From the IMG/VR virus record IMGVR_UViG_3300008227_000003, positions 149-64,148 of that record: DNA of 64,000 nucleotides; one strand, given 5' to 3'. The DNA comes from a virus. The position numbers were made by a program, and so were the translations under genes. Position 1 is the stretch's first letter. Every line of letters starts with the position of its first letter. Under the pieces are notes generated by a model that saw only the letters and a list, made by a program, of their open reading frames with translations, searched no databases and had not been told where the DNA came from. This document shows, piece by piece, positions 19,327 to 29,120 of this stretch.

Positions 19327-21726
19327 TTACCCCACATTACCAGTAGCATCACTAGTTACTTCTTTTATATATTTAACAGTCCTACTACCAGCATCTTCAA
19401 CTGTCGTTACCGATGGTATCTGTTCCTTTGTTGTTCCTGCTAGCTTTGCTGCAGCTTTGTCTTCTGGTGCCGTTCCATTCGCGAATTGCTCGATGTAACG
19501 AGGAATTTTCTTCACATAATTTTGCGTTTCATCATTATTCGGAATTGTGCCTGGTAGACCAACAGTTTCTGGTCCAGCATTATACGCAGCTAGTGCTAAC
19601 ACAACATCACCACTATACCTAGTCAACATGCGGTTCATGTATCGGGTTCCGGCGCGAATGTTTTGCTCAGGATTGCTCATTAGGTCTTCTCTCGGTATTC
19701 CTTCACCCTCGGCTGTCCTAGGACACACCTGCATGACACCCAATGCTTGTCCACAATAACCACCAACATACGGACCGACAGCCGACGTATTAAAATTTGA
19801 TTCCTGTTTTACAAGAGCTAACATCAGATTTGGGTCAACCCCTTCTTCGGCAGCGACCTTCAACACAATATCCTTAATAGCCGTGTAAGATAAAGAGTTG
19901 GCTTTGGAAGTATTCGGTAACAATCCCCTACCATCTCGGACTAAGCCCGTCCCCGAATTGCTTGTCAATCTTGCATTTGTGGTACGTTGTGATGCTGTAC
20001 CACCCGATGGTTCAACACCATCAAACACAGGTGATGTTCCTGTAATCGGCGCAACGGTGATTGTTTGCGTGAATTTACCATCTTTAAACGTGTGCTCAAC
20101 GACCATCATGCGGTATAACCCAAGGTACCAAAAATCATCAAACCCATCCGGTAGGTGATCTGGATTTCTAGGGAATTTAACATTCAATCGTAGTGTTGTT
20201 GGTGTGTTTAGCCAGTTTGCGTTTATTCCTTTCTTACTGATATCTTCGAACAATCCTTCCATTTGGGTTGGGTTGATTGTCATTTCACCCAGCAACTTCG
20301 GATTACCATGAACCGTGATCACAGCTCCAACAGTATCGAATTCAGCTTGCTTTGACAGCAGATGATAAAAATTAGCTGTTGATGCTGGGTAATTCATGTT
20401 ACCATAATGCACTTGATCGAAATTGTGTCCCGCTACGAACTTATCAGGGCTAACAACAGTGCCACCTGATGATTGTTGCGGTGGGTTTACAACGGTGTCA
20501 ACAGTATTTCCTGCTTGTGCGTTTATCGCGGTTGGTGTTGCATTTGATGTTCCCATTGACATCACAACATTTAACGCGTGTGTCAGTTTCATATCAAGGT
20601 TTATGATATCTGTGTTGTTTCCGGTAAACAAATAATCCAGCGTCAAATCAGCTTTTTGGCCTCTCATGTCTTCACCCTGCTTCGCTGTTAGCGTTTCACG
20701 CATGCCAACAAAAAACGTGTGAACGCTCTCACCGGCTGCATTTACAGATGATACTTGGTTGATTGTGAATAGTTTTCGTCGTTCCACTACAGCGGATGTA
20801 TCTGAAGTTTTTGCTTCATCAACCATAGAGGAAGATGTTAACAATACAGCCTCAATGCTTTGCGCAACTGATGATGCGCTACCTTGTGATAAATTCAACA
20901 CTGGATTATCTTTCGTTCCAGCTAGCCGAATATGTGCATTATCACCTGCCAACTTTGCTGCAATAGCCGATGCTACTTTTATCACATATTTTGGTTTTTT
21001 TGATACGGTTTTTGGAGCTACATCATCAACTGCTTTGGCTTCGGATGCTACAACAGCATTGGCTATCTCCGCAACTCTACCCAACACAACACCAAGCGTA
21101 TCACCAGACTCAATGGCCACCGAGGAACCAGACAATACGACACCATCTTGCTTCATATTGGAACCGACTTGTCCGAAAATTTGCATTCGGTATTTGGATC
21201 CTGTACTATCGAAGACAGCAGACATATCATATAGATTGAAAACAAACGGGTTCACATCAGTAATGTATTCGCTTGTACCATCGAAACGCTCACCAACGAA
21301 TATCGTCTTCAGCATAAAACTGAGAGATGGAAATGGAACACCCATTTGCGTGGCTGCCGATCCAATAATACTGATAAATCTAGCACTATTGGCTTCGTAT
21401 ATTTCAATCACACCCTCAACACCAACACCCATTCCAACTTGCGCACCACTCGATGATTTGGCATCTGGTACAATAGATGTGGTCCATTTAGCTTTGGATA
21501 TGTTCAGATGAGCATCCGACATACCATCAACCAATAATATGTATTGCCCACCTGACGTGGATCGTGGGGTGTATGCTCTATCCACCGTTGGGTGTTGTAG
21601 TGCAGAAAAATTTCCACTAGATACGTTGCCCAGACTCTCGGCTGCTGCAGTGCTACTACACACAGCTAGAAACTGGTGATATGAATACGTGCGATAATTC
21701 GCTAATGCGTTGCTTGGAATAGACAT
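19327..21726 (-). CDS. Baseplate hub (gp27-like) with C-terminal soluble lytic transglycosylase domain
   Basis: C-term GVDPNLMLALVKQESNFN..GVMQV..NIRAGTRY..ALAAYNAG (SLT motifs); hub-like VITVHGNP...GLYRMMVVEHTFKDGKFTQTI; position before gp5. Confidence 0.8.
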   Translation of the reverse strand: MSIPSNALANYRTYSYHQFLAVCSSTAAAESLGNVSSGNFSALQHPTVDRAYTPRSTSGGQYILLVDGMSDAHLNISKAKWTTSIVPDAKSSSGAQVGMGVGVEGVIEIYEANSARFISIIGSAATQMGVPFPSLSFMLKTIFVGERFDGTSEYITDVNPFVFNLYDMSAVFDSTGSKYRMQIFGQVGSNMKQDGVVLSGSSVAIESGDTLGVVLGRVAEIANAVVASEAKAVDDVAPKTVSKKPKYVIKVASAIAAKLAGDNAHIRLAGTKDNPVLNLSQGSASSVAQSIEAVLLTSSSMVDEAKTSDTSAVVERRKLFTINQVSSVNAAGESVHTFFVGMRETLTAKQGEDMRGQKADLTLDYLFTGNNTDIINLDMKLTHALNVVMSMGTSNATPTAINAQAGNTVDTVVNPPQQSSGGTVVSPDKFVAGHNFDQVHYGNMNYPASTANFYHLLSKQAEFDTVGAVITVHGNPKLLGEMTINPTQMEGLFEDISKKGINANWLNTPTTLRLNVKFPRNPDHLPDGFDDFWYLGLYRMMVVEHTFKDGKFTQTITVAPITGTSPVFDGVEPSGGTASQRTTNARLTSNSGTGLVRDGRGLLPNTSKANSLSYTAIKDIVLKVAAEEGVDPNLMLALVKQESNFNTSAVGPYVGGYCGQALGVMQVCPRTAEGEGIPREDLMSNPEQNIRAGTRYMNRMLTRYSGDVVLALAAYNAGPETVGLPGTIPNNDETQNYVKKIPRYIEQFANGTAPEDKAAAKLAGTTKEQIPSVTTVEDAGSRTVKYIKEVTSDATGNVG

Positions 21727-21728
21727 TG

Positions 21729-22055
21729 TTATGACGCTGTTGTTATTGTTAGTGATACACGCGAAGGAGTAGGCAGTGTTATCACCGTCCCTGTTTGTAA
21801 TTCTGTTGCAGGATCGACAATGTTGTTAAATTGAAGAACCACCCATCCCAGTGTTGCTTTTTGGTACAATCGATAAGCTATGAGATCCGGTCTACCCGAT
21901 TCCCCACTACTAACGGTATATGTGATATCATCAGGTGATGGTTCAAACACAATACGTTCCCACCAACCCAACCTGTTGCTGAATTCGTCCGTTTTACCAC
22001 CCTGCACGTATCGTCCTTTACCAGATGACACCGAGTTTGCGTTTGGATTTGCCAT
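21729..22055 (-). CDS. LysM-like baseplate protein (gp53/P2 gpX-like)
   Basis: YTVSSGESGRPDLIAYRLY...LGWVVLQFNNIVDP..ELQTGTVITLP. Confidence 0.8.
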   Translation of the reverse strand: MANPNANSVSSGKGRYVQGGKTDEFSNRLGWWERIVFEPSPDDITYTVSSGESGRPDLIAYRLYQKATLGWVVLQFNNIVDPATELQTGTVITLPTPSRVSLTITTAS

Positions 22056-22750
22056 TAGAAGCCTCCCAGCAGTCCTTGTTTGAATGCTGATAAACTAAAC
22101 GACTCGTACTCTCTCGGTGCGTGTGTTTCTATCAGCGTAATATCCAACGACATTAGTGTTGGCATTGGTACTCCTTGTGGTGTTAGAATATAATCAACGT
22201 CACTAGGATATGGTATACTCAGTTGTTGCAACACGACCGGTACCCGTTTTATATGTTGTCTGGCTGCGTCACCAGCAGAGTAAGCACTAAAATACAGTAT
22301 ATCTGGTGGTGATCCTATCGGATTAACACCATAATTTACCGCTGCTTCGCGCTGCTCATCTAATATCTGCGATCGATCCTCATGGAATTGGTTGGGTTCG
22401 CTAGCTTTGTTCTCTGCTTGTGCGTTTGCGGTGTCCCATTCAGGCCACTCCCACTGCTTGTCGACTGTACCACTAACACCAAAATTCGGCATAGTCCAAC
22501 CGCGCATTCTCCACAACCAGATTAGGTTGCGCTGTGCTTCACTAGCAGTTCGCGACACGAACCGAACATTCGATACGTTATATACTCGAGATGATGTATT
22601 CTTATAGGTATATATCTGTCCTGGCATGTGCGTTGGTTCAATCGAACTGTAATTAACATTACGGGTCTCGATAATATCCGGCGTCGACTCGAATATTACA
22701 GACTCACCCCGTCGGTTTTGTAGTTTTGCTGCATATGGATTGGCTGGCAT
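22055..22750 (-). CDS. Tail-tube initiator / CIS tube-like protein
   Basis: GSPPDILYFSAY...RVPVVLQQLSIPYPSDVDY...PMPTLMSLDITLIE; position before LysM and hub genes. Confidence 0.7.
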   Translation of the reverse strand: MPANPYAAKLQNRRGESVIFESTPDIIETRNVNYSSIEPTHMPGQIYTYKNTSSRVYNVSNVRFVSRTASEAQRNLIWLWRMRGWTMPNFGVSGTVDKQWEWPEWDTANAQAENKASEPNQFHEDRSQILDEQREAAVNYGVNPIGSPPDILYFSAYSAGDAARQHIKRVPVVLQQLSIPYPSDVDYILTPQGVPMPTLMSLDITLIETHAPREYESFSLSAFKQGLLGGF

Positions 22751-22780
22751 TTGGTTTTGTATCCTCGAATAATATTGTCG

Positions 22781-22788
22781 TATTTATG
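22781..22788 (-). promoter_or_regulatory. Late promoter CATAAATA for baseplate operon
   Basis: Intergenic, 30 nt upstream of 22750. Confidence 0.7.
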
Positions 22789-22792
22789 GGTG

Positions 22793-22821
22793 TTGTCTGT
22801 CTTATTATTTTGTGGTATAGT
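22793..22821 (+). promoter_or_regulatory. Sigma70-type promoter for gp55
   Basis: TTGTCT-17 nt-TATAGT with TG extended -10. Confidence 0.6.
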
Positions 22822-22842
22822 ATTGTCAACAAGGAGCTATAT

Positions 22843-23328
22843 ATGACAGGATCATCAGAAAAAGTAGTAGTAAAGAAAACACCAAAAAAGAAAGGCAAGT
22901 ATTACATTGACCGAAAGGTGTTAATGGCTGCGGTTATTGCAAGCAAAGAGAAGGATCAAATGTCTGATACCTTAGCGGCAATGCTAACACTATTAACAAA
23001 AAAATACGCATCATCATCCAAATACGCTGGTTACACATTCAATGAAGATATGCAGGCTTATGCGGTAATGATGTTGGTTCGAACGTGGAGAGCGTTTAAA
23101 CCCGACAAAAGCGATAACCCATTTGGGTTCTACACACAATGTATAAAAAACTCTTTCAATCAATATCTAAACCAAGAAAAGAAACACAGAAATGTACGAG
23201 ATGTACTGATGGTTAAGAATGGTTTAACACCATCCCTAAACTATCAAATGGAACACGCAGCAGCTTCACACCACAACGACGATGAAGAGAAATTTTCACA
23301 ACAATTGGGTGAAGCTGATCCTACTTAA
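22843..23328 (+). CDS. gp55: Late-transcription sigma factor gp55-like (161 aa)
   Basis: KYYIDRK...YAGYTFNEDM...FKPDKSDNPFGFYTQCIKNSFNQYLNQEKK (T4 gp55 NPFAYFTQ motif); start reassigned to ATG 22843 after SD AAGGAG; linked to gp47/gp46 as in T4. Confidence 0.88.
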   Translation: MTGSSEKVVVKKTPKKKGKYYIDRKVLMAAVIASKEKDQMSDTLAAMLTLLTKKYASSSKYAGYTFNEDMQAYAVMMLVRTWRAFKPDKSDNPFGFYTQCIKNSFNQYLNQEKKHRNVRDVLMVKNGLTPSLNYQMEHAAASHHNDDEEKFSQQLGEADPT

Positions 23329-23356
23329 TACAACTTACACAACAAGGATATCCACA

Positions 23357-24040
23357 TTGGAACTATTTACTAACACAAACTTTAACGCAACAGAAGGTTC
23401 AATCACCAAGGCGGAATTGCTATTAACCGAAACCCCACAGCAAACAATCACTCGGCTGGTACAGATCAAAAGAGATTCAATATCTGGATCCGATCGTGCA
23501 TTATTCGATGCGTGCGTAGTGTCAATAATTTTGAATTTAGGCTCATCAAAATCAGGAGAGATTAGAGATCTTAAATGGTTATTATACCATCTTCCGGTAC
23601 CTGCAGATCCAACAACCAAACAACGCTTCATCTCCACAATACAACAAACCATATCATCTCACCCTGCTCTAGTCAACGTAGGAGTAGAGTTATGGCGTAT
23701 CAACGATGACGTAGACGTTGAGGGTATAAATCGGGTATTGGTTGATGCAAAAAACAGAGTGAAAGAAAGCCTCGCACTATCAAAAACACGGTTGCAAGAA
23801 ATGCTTGATCACAACGAAAAGTTGGCTCCAACACCACAAAAACAGTATCCAATTCTAACCATCATATTTGCGGGGTTGATGGTAATCGGTTCAGGTGTTA
23901 CTGCTTACCTCAACTGGGAGAATATTTCCACACAAAACCCCCCGACGTCTTTGACAGTCCCCGACAACAAGAAGATATCGCATGCAACCCAATCCCAGTC
24001 TGAGCCACAGCTTCAGTTATCGAACGATACTCAGCAATAA
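23357..24040 (+). CDS. Hypothetical protein with one C-terminal TM helix
   Basis: ORF track 23282..24040; preferred TTG 23357 after SD AAGGA; TM ILTIIFAGLMVIGSGVTAYL. Confidence 0.6.
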   Translation: MELFTNTNFNATEGSITKAELLLTETPQQTITRLVQIKRDSISGSDRALFDACVVSIILNLGSSKSGEIRDLKWLLYHLPVPADPTTKQRFISTIQQTISSHPALVNVGVELWRINDDVDVEGINRVLVDAKNRVKESLALSKTRLQEMLDHNEKLAPTPQKQYPILTIIFAGLMVIGSGVTAYLNWENISTQNPPTSLTVPDNKKISHATQSQSEPQLQLSNDTQQ

Positions 24041-24650
24041 ACGAGCCATCTTTATTATATTGAGACACAGCACTATAATATGTTTTAGCAAATGTGGGTT
24101 TTGGATCTCCGTTATATGTCCACAAAAAACCACCTGACGATTTTCTGACTTTTCTACAAACGGCTGTTATGTATGACCTATTAGCAGCCGTTTGTTCTCC
24201 CGCATGTTTTGCGGATTCAAAGTGAGCAATAAAATTACCATCCAAATCGTACTGTGTTACAGGTTTGGATATGATAGGGAGGTTGCCCCGATGCCCTTTC
24301 ATTCGCTTGCTGACATTCCGTTTTCGTTCCTCGGTCCAACTCGATGAATTTCCTTCACCCCCCGATGAAACATTGCACAATATCCCTGAACCATCAACCT
24401 TTCTGCCCCATTTTTGTATTAACGTTACCTCATTATCGAATGCGGTTGGTTCATCAACATCTTCAATATATTTTTCATATATGATGTTTTCACCGGATCG
24501 TTCAATCTTTAGAATTTTGTTACGCAATAACATATTAGAAAGTCTATTGCGCAATCGAAAATGATCGTACATACGGCGACCTTTACCTTTACCCACATAA
24601 AACGGTTGACTTGTTGTTGGATCTATAAGAAGATATACATAATAACACAT
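23910..24650 (-). mobile_element. Free-standing GIY-YIG homing endonuclease (NUMOD3 + 2x NUMOD1-like)
   Basis: YYVYLLIDP..FYVGKGKGRR; EPTAFDNEVTLIQKWG; WTEERKRNVS; two KPVxQYDLDG..F.S...I...C...KS.GGF.W units; start ATG 24650. Confidence 0.88.
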
Positions 24651-24682
24651 ACTAACACCACACAATAATTATTCACAAAATG

Positions 24683-24690
24683 TATTTATG
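24683..24690 (-). promoter_or_regulatory. Late promoter CATAAATA for the homing endonuclease
   Basis: Intergenic, back-to-back with gp47 RBS. Confidence 0.6.
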
Positions 24691-24706
24691 TGAAGGGGAA
24701 TAATAT

Positions 24707-25765
24707 ATGCCTAAACAGTTAATGAAGGGAGGTTTGTTTACAGATCTGCACTTCGGAGCGAAGTCGAACTCTGTCCAACACAACGAAGATTGTATCAAGT
24801 ATTTGGAATGGTTTTGTAAAAATGTTCAAGATGACCCAGAAATTGATCACGTCATATTTCTGGGTGATTGGAATCAAGAGCGAAGCGCCATTGATATCCT
24901 AACATCAAATTACTCACAAAAAGGAGCTGGAATGTTGAATGATTTGGGTATCCCAATCTACTTCATAATCGGGAATCACGATTTGTATAAACGACACTCC
25001 CGTGAAATTCACTCAATCGTTCAATTTGAAGTGTTTGATAATTTCATACCTATATACGAACCAACCATCATCGACAATATAGGCGATGGTGTGTTGTTGT
25101 GTCCGTTTTTATTCCACGATGAGTATTCAACGCTAGCTCAATACTCGCACCTGAAATTTTGGGCTGGACATTTCGAATTTTCCGGTTTTGTCATCACTGG
25201 TCACAACACCAAAATGAAGGGTGGTCCCGATCCACAAGATTTCACGAAACCCACCATACTATCTGGTCATTTTCACAAGCGACAAACCGAAAAAAACATA
25301 ACATATATTGGGAATTGCTTCCCCACCAACTTTGGTGATGCGGGTGACAACGAGCGTGGATTGGCTACATACGATCACGAATCCGAAACACTAGCTTTTG
25401 TAAATTGGGAAGAGTGTCCGAAGTATGTCTCAGCGACGTTATCGGAGTTACTCGAAGATCCTGATTTAGCGAATGGAGCTCGAGTGAAATGTACAGTTGA
25501 TGTACCGATTGACTATTCCGAAGGTAGCGTTATACGCAAAAAATTCATGGATGATTACGGACTACGAGCATTTAACCTAGAGGAAACGGCTGAGATCCGA
25601 GAAGCGTTGGCCGAGACTGAAGTGGATGAAGATATCGTCGAGATTGAATCATCCAACACAAATGATATGGTATGTGAAATGTTGGGTGGCATAGAAACCA
25701 AACACATTGATAATGACCTGTTGATAACAATTTTCCAAGACTTACAACCAGACAACAATGACTAA
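24707..25765 (+). CDS. gp47: Recombination endonuclease subunit gp47 (Mre11/SbcD)
   Basis: TDLHFG, FLGDW, IIGNHD, GHFE, SGHFH metallophosphoesterase motifs. Confidence 0.93.
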   Translation: MPKQLMKGGLFTDLHFGAKSNSVQHNEDCIKYLEWFCKNVQDDPEIDHVIFLGDWNQERSAIDILTSNYSQKGAGMLNDLGIPIYFIIGNHDLYKRHSREIHSIVQFEVFDNFIPIYEPTIIDNIGDGVLLCPFLFHDEYSTLAQYSHLKFWAGHFEFSGFVITGHNTKMKGGPDPQDFTKPTILSGHFHKRQTEKNITYIGNCFPTNFGDAGDNERGLATYDHESETLAFVNWEECPKYVSATLSELLEDPDLANGARVKCTVDVPIDYSEGSVIRKKFMDDYGLRAFNLEETAEIREALAETEVDEDIVEIESSNTNDMVCEMLGGIETKHIDNDLLITIFQDLQPDNND

Positions 25766-28019
25766 ATTAATATCAGTACAATTTCAAAATTTCCAATCAT
25801 ATGGTTCCGTACCATCCAAAGTTGACCTGACAACACCAGGCACTACAATGATCGTTGGTGAAAATGTCGACGATGGTGGCTCGAATGGTGTTGGAAAATC
25901 AACAATAATTAATGCAATATCGTACGGTTTATACGATAAGCCAGTATCGGATATATCGAAAGATGGGTTGATTAACCACATCAACGGAAAGAATATGGAG
26001 GTGATTGTGGTGTTCGAGAAGAATAACCACACATACAAGGTCCGCAGACACAGAAAGCTGAAAGGCAATGGTGTTGAGTTGTGGGAAGACGATGAGGAGA
26101 TCACACCCGATAGTATATCAAATACAAACACGAAAATTGAACAGATTCTGGGAATGCCCCACGATCTATTCGTTCGAGTTATCGTATTCTCGGCGATTAA
26201 TACGCAGTTTTTGAACCTCCCTATGAGAAATCAAGCGGATATGCTAGAGGAGTTATTGGACTTGAAGATGCTATCCGATAAGGCTGGTATTCTAAAAGAC
26301 CGAATCAAAGACTCAACTAGATCATTCGAGACTGAAGAAAGTAACATTGAACAACACAACAAAGACTGTCACCGATTCATGAAGCAACTGCAGATCACCA
26401 GCGGTCGTGTCGATGACTGGAATGAGAAACATGACATCGATTTGGGTGTTGCTGTCGATGAGCTCGCGCACCTAAACAATGTACAGCTAGATGCGGAAGA
26501 GCGTCTGCGCGATCAATCGGATGACGTTGGCGATGAGTGTGATGTGTTAGAGCAAACGATCGATACAACGCAACTAAAGTTGGATGTTGTTACAAATTTG
26601 GCATCTGATATGTTAATTGCGGAAGAAGCTGCGTTGGTGTGGGAAGAAGATCAGAACGACAAAAGAGAAGCGATTGAGGCAAAAATCTCCGAATTGGAGG
26701 ATGTTGACGTTGCATATCAAACAAAGCAAAACGACATTTACCGTGCCGCGTTAGATCAAAAGAAAGAGCTTGATAACGAAACCACCAAAATAACCGGTGA
26801 ATTTGCAGCTCTCGAAGGTATCATTGATGATAACAACAAGGAGTTGACTCACTTAAACGATAATACGTGTCCGTATTGCACGCAGCCATTTAAAGATACC
26901 AAGAAAAATATAGCGAAGTGTGAGGATGCTGTAACGACAGCAGAGGCTGACATCGATGTATTGGTTGGTAAACTAGAAACAATAGCAGAATCAGCAGAAG
27001 GGTTAGCAACCACGATAAAAACGGTGGCTGATTTGATTACAGCAACTCCGGATTATCTGACTAGCATCACACAACAGCTAACATCAAACAAAGAACGGTT
27101 GGATACGATTGCATCGTTGGAAAACCCACATGTGTTACGGGCTGCAGAATTAAAAGAAAAATTCGATCCAAAAGAACGAGCTAAATTGGAGAAGTTACTG
27201 ACGAAAGCTAAAGCTGATTTCAGTAAAGCGGAAATTAAGCTAAAGACGATTGAGGGTAAACGCACACTCAACAAAAAAGGTATTGACGATCACAAACACA
27301 AGCTAACAATTGCGGAGACAACTCTAGCTGCTGTAAAGAAAGAAACAAACGCTTGGTTGGATCAGATGCAAGATTTACAGAATGAACAATTTGATGGTGA
27401 TACAACTTTCTTTGAATTGTTCGAGTCCATAAAACTACCAACAACCAACATGGATAAGCTGTTCGAATCTGTCAACGGTACCGAATTTGTATACGTGAAA
27501 GGTACCAAGCGTAGCGATGAGTTGCACAAATTGATCGAACACCAGAAATTCTTACTAAAATTACTGACTAACAAAAACAGCTTTATTCGCAAAACCATGC
27601 TGAATCAGTCAATACCGTACCTAAACATACAACTGGATAAGTACTTAAAAGACATGGGGTTACCACATAGTGTAATGTTTACCCCGAAGATGGAAGTCAG
27701 TATTAATAGGTTGGGTAAGTCACTTCAGTATGGCAATCTTTCAAACGGTCAACAGTGTCGAGTTAATTTAGCGCTTTCCTTTGCCTTCCGAGATGTGTTA
27801 CAATACTTGCACGATCCTCTGAATATGTGGGTATTGGATGAGGTGTTGGATGTTGGTTTGGATGCAGGTGGCATACAAAATGCTGTTAGCATGATTAAAC
27901 GCAAGGCAGAAGATGACAAATCATCTATCTTTGTTATCTCTCACCGAGATTTAGATAACGCATTCAATAACAAGCTTCACGTGCAATTTAAAGATGGATT
28001 TTCGAAAGTGGTAAACTAA
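25758..28019 (+). CDS. gp46: Recombination ATPase gp46 (Rad50/SbcC)
   Basis: Walker A GSNGVGKST, Zn hook CPYC, signature LSNGQ, Walker B VLDEVLD, ISH. Confidence 0.93.
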   Translation: MTKLISVQFQNFQSYGSVPSKVDLTTPGTTMIVGENVDDGGSNGVGKSTIINAISYGLYDKPVSDISKDGLINHINGKNMEVIVVFEKNNHTYKVRRHRKLKGNGVELWEDDEEITPDSISNTNTKIEQILGMPHDLFVRVIVFSAINTQFLNLPMRNQADMLEELLDLKMLSDKAGILKDRIKDSTRSFETEESNIEQHNKDCHRFMKQLQITSGRVDDWNEKHDIDLGVAVDELAHLNNVQLDAEERLRDQSDDVGDECDVLEQTIDTTQLKLDVVTNLASDMLIAEEAALVWEEDQNDKREAIEAKISELEDVDVAYQTKQNDIYRAALDQKKELDNETTKITGEFAALEGIIDDNNKELTHLNDNTCPYCTQPFKDTKKNIAKCEDAVTTAEADIDVLVGKLETIAESAEGLATTIKTVADLITATPDYLTSITQQLTSNKERLDTIASLENPHVLRAAELKEKFDPKERAKLEKLLTKAKADFSKAEIKLKTIEGKRTLNKKGIDDHKHKLTIAETTLAAVKKETNAWLDQMQDLQNEQFDGDTTFFELFESIKLPTTNMDKLFESVNGTEFVYVKGTKRSDELHKLIEHQKFLLKLLTNKNSFIRKTMLNQSIPYLNIQLDKYLKDMGLPHSVMFTPKMEVSINRLGKSLQYGNLSNGQQCRVNLALSFAFRDVLQYLHDPLNMWVLDEVLDVGLDAGGIQNAVSMIKRKAEDDKSSIFVISHRDLDNAFNNKLHVQFKDGFSKVVN

Positions 28020-28048
28020 CCCCAAAAATCCATCACCTAAATATGGTG

Positions 28049-28567
28049 ATGGATAAATTATATTTAGGAATAGATCAATCGTATACATACACGGGCTGGA
28101 GTATCTTGGATGGTGACAAAAACATCATCGATTGTGGAGTGATATCAACATCGAAAGATGAGGGTATCTTTACGCGTGCGAACTACATTGCCACCACACT
28201 TGGTGATATCGTTCAAAAGCACACACCGAAGATAGCTATCGAAGGCTTGGCGTATGGTATGACTGGTAGTGCTACCCGTGATTTAGCGGGATTACAATTT
28301 GTGATTGTTTGTTACTTACAAAAATTGCAATATGAAGTCGATATCATCGCACCAAAATCAATCAAAATGCACGCTCACAAAAAGATAATACTGGATGAGC
28401 CTGAATTAAAAGCAAAAGAAATGAAGAAGAAGCAAAACATGTATAAAGCTCTTCCTCAGACAATCAAAGAACAACTAGAACCCTATAAATTGTTAAAAAC
28501 CAAGGGGTTATATGATGTTACGGATAGCTGGTGGCTTGCTGCTGCCATTATAGATAAGGAAGAATAA
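28049..28567 (+). CDS. RuvC-like Holliday junction resolvase
   Basis: LGIDQSYTYTGW, IAIEG, IAPKSIK, DVTDSWWLA; start could be 28043 or 28049. Confidence 0.85.
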   Translation: MDKLYLGIDQSYTYTGWSILDGDKNIIDCGVISTSKDEGIFTRANYIATTLGDIVQKHTPKIAIEGLAYGMTGSATRDLAGLQFVIVCYLQKLQYEVDIIAPKSIKMHAHKKIILDEPELKAKEMKKKQNMYKALPQTIKEQLEPYKLLKTKGLYDVTDSWWLAAAIIDKEE

Positions 28568-28773
28568 TGCCGATATACGAATACCAATGCAAAGAATGTG
28601 AAAATGAGTTCGAAAAGATACAAAAATTCAGCGATGAACCGCTTACTGAATGTCCTGCGTGCGGTAAAGAAGATGCGCTTCAAAAGTTAATAGGTGGTAC
28701 ATCATTCCGAATAGGTGGGTTGGGTATCCATAGACCAACATCCCATTGGGGCGATATGGATCCAAACCGATGA
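28567..28773 (+). CDS. FmdB-family zinc-ribbon protein
   Basis: MPIYEYQCKECENEFE...DEPLTECPACG. Confidence 0.88.
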   Translation: MPIYEYQCKECENEFEKIQKFSDEPLTECPACGKEDALQKLIGGTSFRIGGLGIHRPTSHWGDMDPNR

Positions 28774-29120
28774 TGAAATATTGGGATGACGAGTTCGTAG
28801 AGACTCGAGATGTGTATGGTGGGGAATTCAAGTCACCCATAATAACTCCTGCTTTAAAAGGTAATATTTTAGCCGATGATGATACTGTTGTTGGGTTGTA
28901 TGAGTTTGAAATAGTCAAAGAGCCTTGTGCTATCACGAAGCGTCTCGATGCTTCCACACCAGACTATGATACCGTAGAAGATATGTGCGTTAGTTTTGAA
29001 TATCGTTTGCGACCTGCAGATGATAGGGTTGGTGAACAAGTCACCACCGCACCATTACCGCTGTCTGAAATGACCCAAGAATTAAAAGACATTTTGATCA
29101 ATGCTCACATGATATTCTAA
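28770..29120 (+). CDS. Hypothetical protein (~116 aa)
   Basis: ATGA overlap with FmdB stop; acidic; no recognised motif. Confidence 0.6.
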   Translation: MMKYWDDEFVETRDVYGGEFKSPIITPALKGNILADDDTVVGLYEFEIVKEPCAITKRLDASTPDYDTVEDMCVSFEYRLRPADDRVGEQVTTAPLPLSEMTQELKDILINAHMIF

